This document shows positions 38,301-51,426 of a stretch of DNA of 64,000 nt, one piece after another; positions within the stretch are counted from its first letter, which is position 1; every line of letters begins with the position of its first letter. The notes under the pieces are model-generated. The model saw only the letters and a program-made list of their open reading frames with translations, ran no database searches and had not been told where the DNA came from. A program made the translations under genes and the position numbers. Source of the stretch: Octopus sinensis (taxonomy: Eukaryota); NCBI RefSeq assembly GCF_006345805.1, contig NW_021836158.1, positions 1-64,000 of the forward strand, in the 5' to 3' direction.

Positions 38301-39499
38301 AACAACTTCTGCCACATTCCAGGGAGAAAAACTAGAAGTAGTTGATAGCTTCCGTTATCTAGGTGACCACGTCAGTAGTGGGGGAGAGTATGCTGAAAGT
38401 GTAGCTGCTAGAATAAGAATAAGCTGGGCAAAGTTCAGAGAGCTCTTACCTTTGCTGGTGACAAAGGGCCTCTCACTTAGAGTAGACTGTATGACGCATG
38501 TGTACAAACAGCCATGCTACATGGCAGTGAAACAGGGGCCGTGACTGCTAAGGACATGCATAAGCTTGCAAGGAATGAAGCCAGTATGATCCGATGGATG
38601 TGTAATGTCAGTGTGCATACTCGACAGAGTGTAAGTACCTTGAGAATAAAGTTGGACTTAAGAAGCATCAGATGTAGTGTGCAAGAGAGACAACTGCACT
38701 GGTATGGTCATGTGGCGAGAATGGATGAGGATAGCAGTGTGAAAAAGTGCCACACCCTAGCAGTTGAGGGAACCTGTGGAAGAGGTAGACCCAGGAAGAC
38801 CTGGGATGAAGTGGTGAAGCACGACCTTCGAAAATTAGGCCTCACCGAGGCAATGACTAGTGACTGAAACTTTTGGAAATATGCTGTGCTTGAGAAGACC
38901 CGGCAAGCCAAATGAGACCTTAACCTCGCGGCCTATGCCAGGAGTGTAACCAGCCCACTTATGCGTACCTTTCCTTCATTGGACACTAAACTCTGCTTGC
39001 AAAGACCTGTTGAGGCAAGTGAAATCGAAATCAAAATCAAATTCAATGACTGGCATCCGTGCTAGTGGAGCGCTGAGAGCACCATCTGAGTGTGATCATT
39101 GCCAGAGTGGCTAACTGGCTTCCATGCTGGTGGCACATAAAAAGCACCATTTGAGCGTGATTGTTACCAGCGTCACCTTACTGGCACTTGTGCCGGTGGC
39201 ACCTGAAAAACTTTTGAGTGGGGTCATTGCCAGTGCCACTGGACTGGCTCCTGTGCAGGTGGCTCATAAAAAAAACACCATTTGAGTGTGGCCATTGCCA
39301 GTACTGCCTGACTGGTCCTCGTAAAAGCACCCACTACACTCACAGAGTGGTTGGCGTTAGGAAGGGCATCCAGCTGTAGAAACACTGCCAGATTAAGATT
39401 GGAGCCTTGTGCAGCCATCTGGTTCACTAGTCCTCAGTCAAATCGTCCAACCCATGCTAGCATGGAAAGCAGACGTTAAATGATGATGATGATGATGAT
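38301..39499 (+). mobile_element. RTE LINE 3' 1.2 kb (second family) with (GAT)n tail
   Basis: LEVVDSFRYLGD...MLHGSET...RWMCNVS...WYGHVARMDED...GRGRPRKTW, then a 3'UTR shared with many short copies in the window. Confidence 0.92.
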
Positions 39500-39591
39500 A
39501 TGCTCTTATATGCAATGTTCACAAATACACATATATACACATAGAGTTGCATACAGGCATACATACATATGCATAGTTATACATACATACA

Positions 39592-39622
<31 letters not shown>

Positions 39623-40974
39623 GTACATACATACATATGTACATATATATGTACATACATACATATGTACATACATACATACTTACATTCATACATACAT
39701 ACATACATACATACAGACATACATGCAAATAGATAGACAGATACATAGCTAGACAGACAGACAGACTGACAGCTAGATAGACAGACAGATAGATTGATAG
39801 ATATATATATATACTCTTATATATAATGTTCACACATACACATATATACAAATACTTACGCACACCAAAAATACATACACATACCATTACATATATGCAT
39901 ACATACACACACATAGTTATATATACACTTATGTTTAATATATGTACAACTCAAATATGTATGTCTCCTCCCGATACATATATAGTTACAAACACATGCA
40001 CAAGTTTCAAGTAACAACAACAACACCAAGAAAACCACTACCACCATTAGCAACAACAACAACAGCAACAACAAAAGACAACAAGCACTTCTTTGCCATT
40101 TGGCTGCAGCACGGTTGGTAATTCTTACAATTTCAGGCAACTTATTATCGTCTGCTACATTAGGTTCTTGGTGTCCATCAAACAGCGATAATAAAATGGT
40201 ACAGTTTATGAATGTAGTCTTGTGACCACTTATCCATTTACATTCGGCTCAATGCTTCCACCAGCTTGATTTCTTACTAACTGCCATTGACTTTAGGAAA
40301 GTTAGGGGAATGAATGAAGGCACATACCAAAAAAAAAAATAATAAATAATAAAATAAATAAATAAAATGAAAGAAAAAGAAAAAAATTTCAAGGAAACAA
40401 AGCCAAGTAAAAGAAAGAAGGAAGGAAAAGCAAGTAGTGTTGTGGTGGTGGTGGTGATTGTGTTGTTGTTGGTAGTGGTGATGGTGATGGAAATGAAGGA
40501 AAATTTGTACCTTTTCTTATAATTTTCGTTTCTTTATTCTTTTATTTTTCACCCCTACCAAAAAATCCTACTCCATTGTTTTTAATTTTTTTCCTCCCCT
40601 AATCTTCTGATTATATTCTCTATATTTCATGATTTTTCATTCATTTTTTTTTTTGTCTCCTTTACTTATATTTTATACCCACTGTAAAGGATGAAGTTCA
40701 TACAACATAACATCACAACTGACTAAGGACACATCCTAATACAATGTCAAGCATTGCAATACCTTGTCACACATTATAACGTAATGTTATGACATTGCAA
40801 CTGGCTAAGGACATGTCATAATATAATGAAATACATCACAGTGTCTTGCCTCATAGCATAATATGACAGTAGCATAACTAACTAAGGAAACATCCTATGT
40901 AAAACACTACAAAATACTGTCACTTTGTTACGTAAGATTACAACAAACATACACAACACAACAGGCTAAGAACA

Positions 40975-41590
40975 GGGAAAGGGTAAAGATGGCCATGGGA
41001 TTGCACCTAGAAACTTACCCTCTGAGGCATAAGTCTGGGCAAGGTTGTTTATGGAAGACCAGCAGCTGTCCATGCATACAAGCACCCCTCTCTATGCCCT
41101 TATATGTACATAGAGTAAAGGGTAAAGACCCCCAGCAGTCATGAATGACCATGGTATGGGATTGCACCTAGAAAGTTACCCTCTGAGGCATAAGTCCGGG
41201 CAAGGTTGTTTATGGAAGACCCGCAGCCACCCATGCATACTAGCACCCCCATCTCCATGCCCTTATATGTACATAGGGTAAAGGGTAAAGACCCCTAACG
41301 GTCATGAATGACCATGGCATGAGATTGCACCTAGAAAGTTACCGTCTGAAGCACAATTCTGGGCAAGGTTGTTTATGGAAGACCAGCAGTCGCCCATGCA
41401 TACTAGCACCCCTCTCTATGCCCTTATATGTACGTCGGGTAAAGGGTAAAAACCCCCAGCGGTCATGAATGACCATGGTATGGGATTGCACCTAGAAAGT
41501 TACCCTCTGAGGCATAAGTCCAGGCAAGGTTGTTTATGGGAGACCAGCAGCCGCCCATGCATTCTAGCCTCTCCTCTCCATGCCCTTATA
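40975..41590 (-). repeat. Tandem array (about 161 bp, 4 extra units) of a SINE 3' end
   Basis: Marker ttgcacctagaaa at 41001, 41162, 41325, 41486 and 41643. Confidence 0.9.
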
Positions 41591-41941
41591 TGTACATAGG
41601 ATAGAGAGTAAAGACCCTCTTCGGTCATGAATGACCATGGGATTGCACCTAGAAAGTGCCCCTCTGAGGCACAAGTCTGGGCAAGGTTGTTTGTAGAAGA
41701 CTAGCAGATGCCCATGTACACCAGCCTCCCCTCTCCACACCACTGATGTTATCCAAGAGAAAGGCAAAGGTCGATGCAGCTTGGCCTCAGTGACATCGCA
41801 ACTTATTTCGACAGACGAGTGAACTGGAACAACATGAAATAAAGTGTTTTGCTCAAGAACACAAGAAACAGCCCGGTCCAGGAATCGAACTCACTACCTC
41901 ATAATTGTGAGCCCAACACTGTAACCACTGAACCATGTGCC
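41590..41941 (-). mobile_element. tRNA-derived SINE (fourth family) with RTE/BovB-like 3' tail
   Basis: Head aggcacatggttcagtggtt...gagttcgattcctgg; tail ctttctaggtgcaatcccatggtcattcatgaccgaa. Confidence 0.8.
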
Positions 41942-42054
41942 TACATAAACTAAGAACACAATGTAATGTATCACAATTATATTATATTGTTGCAATACAT
42001 TATGCAATGTGATGTATTACAACACACTATATAAAATTCTTTTTATTATTATAT

Positions 42055-42230
42055 GCAGAAAGCCCAAAATTTGCTGTAACAGAACAAGTCAATTACATTG
42101 ACTCCAGTGCTTAACTGGTACTAATTTTATCAACCCCAAAAGGCTGAAAGGCAAAGTTGACCTCAGCAGAATTTGAACTCAGAGCATAAAGGCAGAAGAC
42201 ATGTTGCCTACATGTTTCATCCAGCATGCT
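42055..42230 (-). mobile_element. SINE family C (diverged)
   Basis: gaaaggcaaagttgacctcagcagaatttgaactcag. Confidence 0.7.
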
Positions 42231-42294
42231 ATCTACAACAACAGAACTGGCTAAGAGTATATCATAAAATAATGTAATACGTCACAGCATCATG

Positions 42295-42860
42295 TGACAC
42301 AGCTTAATGTAATGCCACAACAATACAAAGGATCACACTTAAGACACATCGTAAAATAATGATTCTCACCACAATATTATGTCACACATCTTAATGTAAT
42401 GTCTCAACAATACAAAGTAACAGGCTTAAGACACATCATAAAATAATGATTCTCACCATAATATTATGTCACACATCTTAATGTAATGTCTCAACAATAC
42501 AAAGGAACAGGCTTAAGACACATCGTAAAATAATGATTCTCATCACAATATTATGTCACACATCTTAATGTAATGTCTCAACAATACAAAGGAACAGGCT
42601 TAAGACACATCGTAAAATAATGATTCTCACCACAATATTATGTCACACATCTTAATGTAATGTCTCAACAATACAAAGGATCACACTTAAGACACATCGT
42701 AAAATAATGATTCTCACCATAATATTATGTCACACATCTTAATGTAATGTCTCAACAATACAAAGGATCACACTTAAGACACATCGTAAAATAATGATTC
42801 TCACCACAATATTATGTCACACATCTTAATGTAATGTCTCAAAAATACAACAAGTTAAAG
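42295..42860. repeat. 87-bp minisatellite, about 6.5 units
   Basis: gtcacacatc marker at 42381, 42468, 42555, 42642, 42729 and 42816. Confidence 0.95.
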
Positions 42861-43069
42861 ACATGTCTCAAAATAATCCTTTCTACTATAGGCACAAGGC
42901 CTGAAATTTGGTGGGAGGGGGTCAGTCGACTAGATCGACCCTAGAACACAACTGGTACTTATTTTATCATATCCTAAACATTATGCCAGTAACTGACCAC
43001 TGGTTTCTCACAAGAGTTACCAATATACTGGTATACATCTACTACCACATCATAGCACTTTTACCATCT

Positions 43070-43250
43070 CTTCTTCAAGCGGGAATCAACCCTAACACCT
43101 GGGAAACGGAAGCCACTGACCATCCATTCTGGCAAAGAGCAATTCATTTTGGTTGTTTCAATTTTAAGGAGAGGAGAAAGACTGAAGAAGAAGCAAAAAA
43201 AGGCAACTCCAGCCAAGATCGCCACCCACACTGCTCACTGGCTTAGGAAT
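43070..43250 (+). mobile_element. RTE ORF C-terminal fragment
   Basis: GINPNTWETEATDHPFWQRAIHFG resembles the 37700-37800 region. Confidence 0.6.
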
Positions 43251-43587
43251 GAAGCTTGCTTGGGAGTGAGGCAAACCCAGGTCCAAAATTTGTTACAAAT
43301 AATACCTTATTGTTTTTTTTTAAATTTTGTTCTTTGAGAAGTAACCTGACTTCAAGCTACTTTTTACAGATAACTTTTTATACAGATATCTAAACCTGAG
43401 AAAAGTAAGTAGGGGTGTAAATTTTGATTTTGAAACCCCCCTGCACTTATTCACCCCCACTTGCCTGGTCCAGGAATTGAAACTACAATCTTACAATCAT
43501 GCGTGCAACAACCTAACCATTAAGCCACACATTTCCACCTTCTACCTGATAATGATATATACATTATTATATATATACATACATGTG

Positions 43588-43630
<43 letters not shown>

Positions 43631-43634
<4 letters not shown>

Positions 43635-44970
43635 TTAAAAAATATAAGAGTGTATAAAATATTTTTATACACAGAGAGGAAACCCTTGACAGGGCTCTGC
43701 ACATGCTAAAAAGGCCAGTTAAAACCTAAACCAGGAAAAAAAGAATTCATGAGGCATGCTTTTATAACACTAGAATGAATAAAAAATAAATCAGTTAATC
43801 CCAAACTCGAGTTTCACTATTAATTGCTAAATAAACTAATTTGGAATCTGTAGATCATCAACGAAATCACTAATTAATGAATAATTATGTAGTTGCAAAT
43901 ATATACCAAAAAACACATGCGCAAGACAGCTACATCTTTATCCATTAAGGATTCAAATTTTTTTCATGGTTTGGGTTTTAACTGCCATTTTCAGCATATA
44001 AGGAGCTCTATCCAGAGTCTCCTCTCTGTGTATAAAAATATTTTATACACTTTTATATACTTTGAAAATATGTTATGCATTATAACTTTTATTTATGCAT
44101 GCTATCCACTAATAATAAATTATTTTAATTTACTACCCTCATATTTACGATAGTAATGTTTATAATTCTGAGTCTATAGAGGACACAGTTTTAAATTTGT
44201 TTATTTACTACTGGACTATATGTTTACACTCATGCACTGGATGGAAGCACTCCGTCGGTTACGACGATGAGGGTTCCGGTTGATCCGATCAACGGAACAG
44301 CCTGCTCATGAAATTAACGTGTAAGTGGCTGAGCACTCCACAGACACGTGTACCCTTAACGTAGTTCTCGGGGATATTCAGTGTGACACAGAGAGTGACA
44401 AGGCCGGCCCCTTGAAATACAGGTACAACAGAAACAGGAAGTAAGAGTGAGAGAAAGTTGTGGTGAAAGAGTACAGCAGGAATCACCACCATCCCCTGCC
44501 GGAGACTCGTTGAGCTTTTAGGTGTTTTCGCTCAATAAACACTCACAACGCCCGGTCTGGGAATCGAAACCGCGATCCTACGACCGCGAGTCCGCTGCCC
44601 TAACCACTGGGCCATTACGCCTCCACACTCATGCACTAAGTTCAAATGCATAATGGATAAAGATGTAGCTGTCTTGCGCACATGTTTCCAGTATGTATCT
44701 ACAACTACAAAATTATTCATTAATTAGCAATCCTGCTGATGATCTACAGATTCTGAATTGGTTTATTTGTTTATTAATAATGAAACTCGAGTTCAGCATC
44801 AGCTAATTCATTTTTTGTTCATTCTATTGTTATAACAGCATGCCTCATGTATTCTTTTGTTTCATGGTTTGGCGTTTTAACTGCCCTTTTTAGCATGTAA
44901 GGAGTCCTGTCAAGGGTCTTGTCTCTGTGTATAAAAATATCTTACACACTCTTGTATTTTTTAAAAATAT
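43631..44970. repeat. Diverged inverted repeat, about 320-bp arms (43631-43947 / 44651-44970), each with a hammerhead-like motif
   Basis: Reverse-complement alignment by eye; 43955-44155 is also a direct copy of about 44860-45050. Confidence 0.8.
44239..44626 (-). mobile_element. SINE family B
   Basis: Consensus match; TSD acactcatgcact at 44226-44238 and 44625-44637. Confidence 0.92.
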
Positions 44971-45069
44971 GTTATGTCATGACTTTTATTTATGCATGTT
45001 AACCACAAGTAATAAATTATTTTAATTTATTACCCTCATATTTACGATAGTATAAATATATATATATAT

Positions 45070-45100
<31 letters not shown>

Positions 45101-45140
45101 TAAATGTATTTGTATATATGTATATGTATATAAACATATA

Positions 45141-45191
<51 letters not shown>

Positions 45192-45309
45192 GTATGTATA
45201 TCATATAAATATATACATGTATATGTGTATATATATATGCATATATATATGTGTGTGGATGTGTGTATATATATATGTACATATGTATATATATATATGC
45301 ACATATATG

Positions 45310-45348
<39 letters not shown>

Positions 45349-45372
45349 TATATATATACACATATACATATA

Positions 45373-46209
45373 CAGGGTGCAATGGGTAAATTGTCAGCAT
45401 TTTATATTTTGAATTTTGCACATGCACAATGTTTTTGATTTTGTCAACTACACAGTATAGCAGGATTTGTTGGACACCATCTGTGAGAAAAGTAGGACCA
45501 TGACACAATTCATTCTGCCAGAAATTTGGAAACGACATGCTGTATTGCTTGGCATTTGCACCGGAAGCTCCAAGAGGACAAGTACCAAGTATGATAAAAA
45601 TCAAACATCCAGTCAACATCATGATCTTTGGAGTGATCACTAGTGACGGTGATGCAATGCCTCCATTCATATTCCCACATGGCCCCACACTCAACTCGGC
45701 GGCCTACATCTAGTGCTTGAAGGAGGTAGTGCTGCCCTGGGTCAAGAGGGTGACTACTGGAAGACCCTGTGTCTGGCAACAAGGCTCTGCACCATCCCAC
45801 ACAAACAGGAGAACACAATCATGGCTGTCAGACAATTTCTGTGACCACATCACTCCTAACATCTGGCCCCCTAACTGCTAAACTGCAACCCTGTTGATTA
45901 TTATGTATGGGGTGCGGTTGAGTGAGGGACCAATAAAACTCTTGTAACGCTAAAAATGAACTGAAGGCAAGGATTATGGCAGCATTCACCAACTTAAACT
46001 AGGAGACTTCGTAAAAGAGTTGCAGGAGATTCCAAAGTCGTCTTGAGATTGTGGTTCATGCCAATGGCGATTTTATTGCCTAAATTTACTCTTTAGTATT
46101 TCAAGATATTTCTATGTAATTTTGGTAAATATATCTGTTAAAATGAGATGTCAGTGTTATTTTCATTTCTGCGAAATCTAGATGACAGCTTATTCCTCGA
46201 ACGATGTAT
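45373..46209 (+). mobile_element. Internally deleted Tc1/mariner element
   Basis: 5' TIR tacagggtgcaatgggtaaattgtca, degenerate 3' TIR ending tgta; KHPVNIMIFGVITSDG...WQQGSAPSHT...WPP...NPVDYYVWG...ELKARI. Confidence 0.85.
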
Positions 46210-46222
46210 ATATAAATATATA

Positions 46223-46260
<38 letters not shown>

Positions 46261-46365
46261 TGCTCGAATTATATTTGGTCCTTTTATTCTGGAGAGTTCC
46301 AAAAACGATTTCTAATAAAGATTCTTCATATTTTGCTAGTAGCTTACTGGCATAAGTTTGGGAAT

Positions 46366-46795
46366 ACTCTTTTACTTGTCTCAGTCATTTAACTGTGGCC
46401 ATGCTGGAGCACCACCTTTAGTTCATCAAGCAAATCGACCCCAGGACTTATTCTTTGTAAGCCTAGTACTTATTGTATCAGTCTCTTTTGCCGAACTTCT
46501 AAGTTACGGGGATGTAAACACACCAGCATCGGTTGTCAAGTGATGTTGGGGGGACAAACACAGACACACAAACATATACACACACACTTACATATATATA
46601 CATATATACGACGGGCTTCTTTTAGTTTCCGTCTACCAAATCCACTCACAAGGCTTTGGTTGGCCTGAGGCTATAGTAGAAGACACTTGCCCAAGGTGCC
46701 ACGCTGTGGGACTGAACCTAGAGCCATGTGGTTTGTAAGCAAGCTACTTACCACACAGCCATTCCTATGCCTTCTTACCATACAGCCACTCCTAT
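46366..46795 (-). mobile_element. SINE family A
   Basis: Consensus match; head-end motif cttaccacacagcc duplicated. Confidence 0.88.
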
Positions 46796-47346
46796 GGAAT
46801 ATGAAAATAATACTTGAAAATAATAATATGGCGTGTTATGTGAATTTATGGAAAGGTGTTCCATAGAACTCCACAAATTTATTAAAAATGGAGAAGAGAA
46901 GGTGTTAAAATTTGAAAGAATTTTAATACATGCATATGCTCATTTCAAACAGTGATATTAAAACATGCAAATTCATGGTAGAATAATTAAATTAATTTGA
47001 TTAAATTAAATTAATTAGCTATCACTGTTCTCTTCAGTGAAGGAAGTATAAACAGAAAATTATTATTACAGAAGACTTGCGACAGGAAATAGCAGAGAAT
47101 AATTTCGGATATACATATCTATCCTTACTTCCCAACCACATGGTTCCAAGTTCAGTCTCACACTGCGGCACCTTGGGTAAGTGTCTTTTACTATAGCCTC
47201 AGGCCAACCAAAGCTTTGTGAGTGGATTTAGTAGACGGAAACTGAAAGAAGTCCATCATATATATATATATATATATATATTAGAGATAAAACCACCACT
47301 AGGCAAATCAAACAGTGAAAATCATAAACCAATACATAGAAATAAA

Positions 47347-47792
47347 ATGAATTAATAAAAAATATATAAAATATAAAATTCAAAATGAAAATATTTAAAT
47401 TAAAGTTCAAATTTAAAAAATTATTTAAATTAATAATTTAAACTTATAAATTTTTAAATATATATATATATATTGTTATTATTTTATTTATTTATTTATT
47501 TATTTTTTATTTTATAACAATCAAAAAGTATTAAAAGTTTAATATAAGATAAAGAGTAAAACCACTACGATTGTTTCATGCCCGTAACCAATTCGAATAA
47601 CAATAACTTAAATAATAACTCTAACTGGTTTTCATTGCAATGCAAATTTTCAAGATTTGAAAGGTGAAAAGAATTTTTGTAAATTGAGGAAAGGGAAAAA
47701 AGAAATTTACAATGTTTTTTTCAAAAAAATAATAATAAACATATACAAAAATTAAAAAATAAGTATACTGATACATTGTAGAGTCTTTATGT
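47347..47792 (-). repeat. AT-rich arm of about 446 bp, inverted copy of 51411-51859
   Basis: Near-identical reverse complement. Confidence 0.9.
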
Positions 47793-48779
47793 TTTTGGGG
47801 TTCAATAATAGTCCTTGGAAGAATTTCTTTGGGGGATTAAGATCCTTGTGATTAAACGTGGTGCTTAGTTTAAGGTGTTATATATATATAAATATATCAT
47901 GGGCTTCTTTTAGTTTCTGTCCACCAAATCCACTCAAGGCTTTGATCAGCCCATGGCTATAGAAGAAGACTACTTGCCCAAGATGCCACACAATGAGACT
48001 GAACCCAGAACCATGTGGTTGGGAAGCAAACTGCTTACCACACAACCATATATTTATTGAAGCATATATTTAAGGACAAAATATAAAGATGGCAACCATA
48101 ATTATGGTGCTGATGGTGTTGCTGTTGTTGTTGTTACTATTGTTGTTGTTTAAACTTAGATCGACCCCTATCAAAAGCATTCAAGTTGTAACCCCATTCA
48201 TCTTTTGTAGTGATTTGTAGAATTATGTCATGTAATGGTTCTTGGTCTCAAAGTACTCTTTGAAGGGGATTTTGGCTGCTATGTCCAGCAGCTCAAGCAA
48301 ATGCAAAGGGTCTCCCTGCTGGTTAGTTCCTTCATATTGTTCCAACAAACGGTGTTGTTTGTCATTATGATGATGATGATGGTAATGGTTATGATGCTGC
48401 TGAAGATATTGATATTAGTACAGAAGTTTGTAAACAACACGAATTAGAAGGAAATATTAGAAGTAGACTGAGAAAGGATGAACATCAAATCTGAGTAAGG
48501 GGAGGAGGAAATAAAAACAAGGAAGAGCAGAGAGGGGCAGAGAGAAACACAGAGAAAGGGGGAGTGGCAATCGTAAGAGAGAGGGAGAGAAAAATATAGA
48601 AAGAGGACAGTATAAGAAGGAACAAGAAGCATGGAGTGGGAAGGAGAGAGAGGAAGAGGAGTGAGAAGTAGAAGCAAAATTCACCATCGTCATTATCATC
48701 GTCATCGTCATTCTTTAACGTGTTTTCGATGCTGGCACAAAAGTGTGAAGTTTAAAGTGTGAGGGGGAAAGTATGAGAA

Positions 48780-49098
48780 AGACAAACAAAGATTTCAGGT
48801 GAGAAGGAAGAAAAAGAGGAAGAGAGGAAAGGCAGAGAAGGGATATGGGGAGGAAGGAAAGGTGGTGGAAGAAGAAGTAGTAGTAGAAGAAGAAGAAGAA
48901 GAAGAAGAAGGAGAGGAGGAGGAAGAAGAAGAAGAAGAAGAAGAAGACGAAGAAGAAGGAGGAGGAGGAGGAGGAGGAGCAGCAGCAGCAGCAGCAGGAG
49001 GAGCAGGAGGAGAAGAAGAGGAAAAAGAAGAAGAAGAAGAGGAGGAGGAGGAAGAAGAAGAAGAAGAAGAAGACGAAGAAGAAGAAGAAGAAGAAGAA

Positions 49099-49130
<32 letters not shown>

Positions 49131-49242
49131 ATGAAAATTAAAGAAAGCAAGAGAAAAGAAGTGTATGAAAGAAAGAGAGGGCGAGAGAGATAAAAGGAGA
49201 ATGTCAGAGAGACAAAGAGAAAAGAAGAACGTCAAAGAGAGA

Positions 49243-49273
<31 letters not shown>

Positions 49274-49424
49274 CATTCAAAACTGATTCAATAGTAAACA
49301 GAAAATAGAAGAAAAGCAAAAAAAAAAATAACTGTAAAAATAGATAAAAGCTAAATGAGACAGAGACAGAGTAAGAGAGAAAGAGAGATATTGCAAAAAA
49401 GAGTGTGACAAAGATACAGATTAA

Positions 49425-49466
<42 letters not shown>

Positions 49467-49470
49467 GAGA
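48780..49470. repeat. Purine-rich (GAA/GGA/GCA)n and (GA)n tract
   Basis: Direct reading; source of the poly-Glu, poly-Leu and poly-Ser ORFs. Confidence 0.95.
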
Positions 49471-49599
49471 GAGGGGTGTATATATAGAGAGATATATAAA
49501 TAGGTAGAAGGAAAGAAGGAGAGAGAGATGAAAAGATAGTAAGATGGTAAGGGGGGGGTTAGTTCAGCCTCCATCATCACCACTCCATCATTGTGAAAT

Positions 49600-49730
49600 A
49601 CCCATCTGGCCTTGGAGATTTCCCAGCATTTAAGTCTTTGAATTTCTTCCGGATATTTCCTTTTGTGATTTTCAGGTCAGTGGGCTTGTGTTCGATGTTC
49701 CACTTTCATGGGTCTGGCAGGTTTCCAGGT
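49600..49730 (-). mobile_element. CR1/L2-type ORF2 fragment
   Basis: DLKITKGNIRKKFKDLNAGKSPRPDG resembles the KSPGPDG motif before the RT domain. Confidence 0.55.
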
Positions 49731-50411
49731 ATCTCTATAGTGTGCGTAGACACACACACACACATACACACACACACACACATGCATGCATGCACATACA
49801 CACACACACACTCACAGACACACAGACATAGGAGAAATAGTTCAGAGTTCTACCTCTGTCAAAATCAGCTGCAGTGTTTACATACAAGTTTGTTTAATGG
49901 AGGCATTGAGTTCTTGCAGTTTTTGAAGTTTGGATAAGGATAAAAACACAGGCGTGTTTCGGTCAGAGATTTGTGAGAAGTTACCTGTCAGTGATATTAG
50001 TCTTGTGAGAAGAAAACTTGTCAATATGATTGGTCTGAATTGAACCCATCAAAATATTTACCAAGCAGAACAGCTACAGAGTGATAGTAGATGTACGAAC
50101 TAGCACCAGGTAGAAAAGCCATAGTGAAGCAGAAGATATATAGACCAGTACAAGGCAGAAGCACTGCCATGTAGTATGTGTGTGTGTGTGTATGTGTGCT
50201 TTTCTTTTACTTGTCTCAGTCATTTAACTGCGGCCATGCTGGAGCATTGCCTTTAGTTGAACAAATCGACCCCCAGGATTTGTTCTTTGTAAGCCTAGTA
50301 CTTACTCTATCACTCTCTTTTGCTGAGCCACTAAGTTACAAGGATATAAACACACAAACATTGGTTGTCAAGCGATTGTGGAGGGACAAACACAGACACA
50401 CTAAAAGATAC

Positions 50412-50442
<31 letters not shown>

Positions 50443-50807
50443 ATAATTATATGAGGGAATATTAATCCTAACTATATATATATATATATATGTCATGAAG
50501 TATATTTGCCACTTAAATTAATTATTTTATTATTCTAGTTTATTTTTAACCTGATAAGTGGCTGTATTTATATCGAAGTGATTTTACTACTACTATTAAT
50601 TTTTATACTATAATCATTTCTTAAATATAGCCTCAAAACACATGTCGTTATTCTACCAATTATATACGTTTTTATTATTTTTTTGCAATTTACTTAATCA
50701 TCGGTATATTATTGTTGTTTTAATTTTAATATTTCTATTATATGTAATTTTCTAGATAGTGTAATTTAATTGTTCATTTTGAATTGATAGAAGGTGGTTA
50801 TTTTCTA

Positions 50808-50886
<79 letters not shown>

Positions 50887-50928
50887 CAATAATAAATCTC
50901 TGAGTGAGATATAAACAGTAGCTGCACG

Positions 50929-51410
50929 ACATCGTGAAGTATATTTGCCACTTGAATGTGGCTAACCCTTAAGGGTGGATGCTACTGTAGCCTGTAGCTC
51001 CAGGAAGACACCTCCTCCAGCTGGCTATTGACTCACTTTCTGTACCCTATCAGTATTTGCAAAGGGAAGCCATCCTTTCCATCTCCAACCTGACGTGATA
51101 CACACGAACCTGAGTTTCAGGGTATTGGCTCGTCATCAGCGAGTGACAATCACCGGTTGTTGATGTGAAGTGGTTTTTAATGCAAATATATACATCCTTT
51201 TTGATGACAGGTCAATACCCAGAAACTCGGGTCCATTTGTATTACGTCAGGTTGGAGATGGAAATAATGGCTTCCCTTTGCAAATAGTGATAGGGCACAG
51301 AAAGTGTGTCAATATCCAGCTTGAGAATAGTCTTCCTGGGGCTAAAAGCTACAGTAGCATCTACACTTAAGGGTTAGCTACATCTAAGTGGCAAATATAC
51401 TTCACAATAT
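50929..51410. repeat. Diverged fold-back, about 205-bp arms, with a hammerhead-like motif at the inner ends
   Basis: gtgaagtatatttgccactt (50934) / aagtggcaaatatacttcac (to 51405); inner ends at ...gtcatca and tgatgac.... Confidence 0.85.
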
Positions 51411-51426
51411 ACATAAAGACTCTACA

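Noticed and set aside
40128-40230. Minus-strand LFDGH peptide suggesting a PP2C phosphatase exon
   Set aside because: Stop codon shortly upstream, no good acceptor, and no other PP2C motifs in the window.
48752-49583. Poly-Glu, poly-Leu and poly-Ser ORFs
   Set aside because: Translations of (GAA/GGA)n and (GA)n with no flanking domain or splice support.
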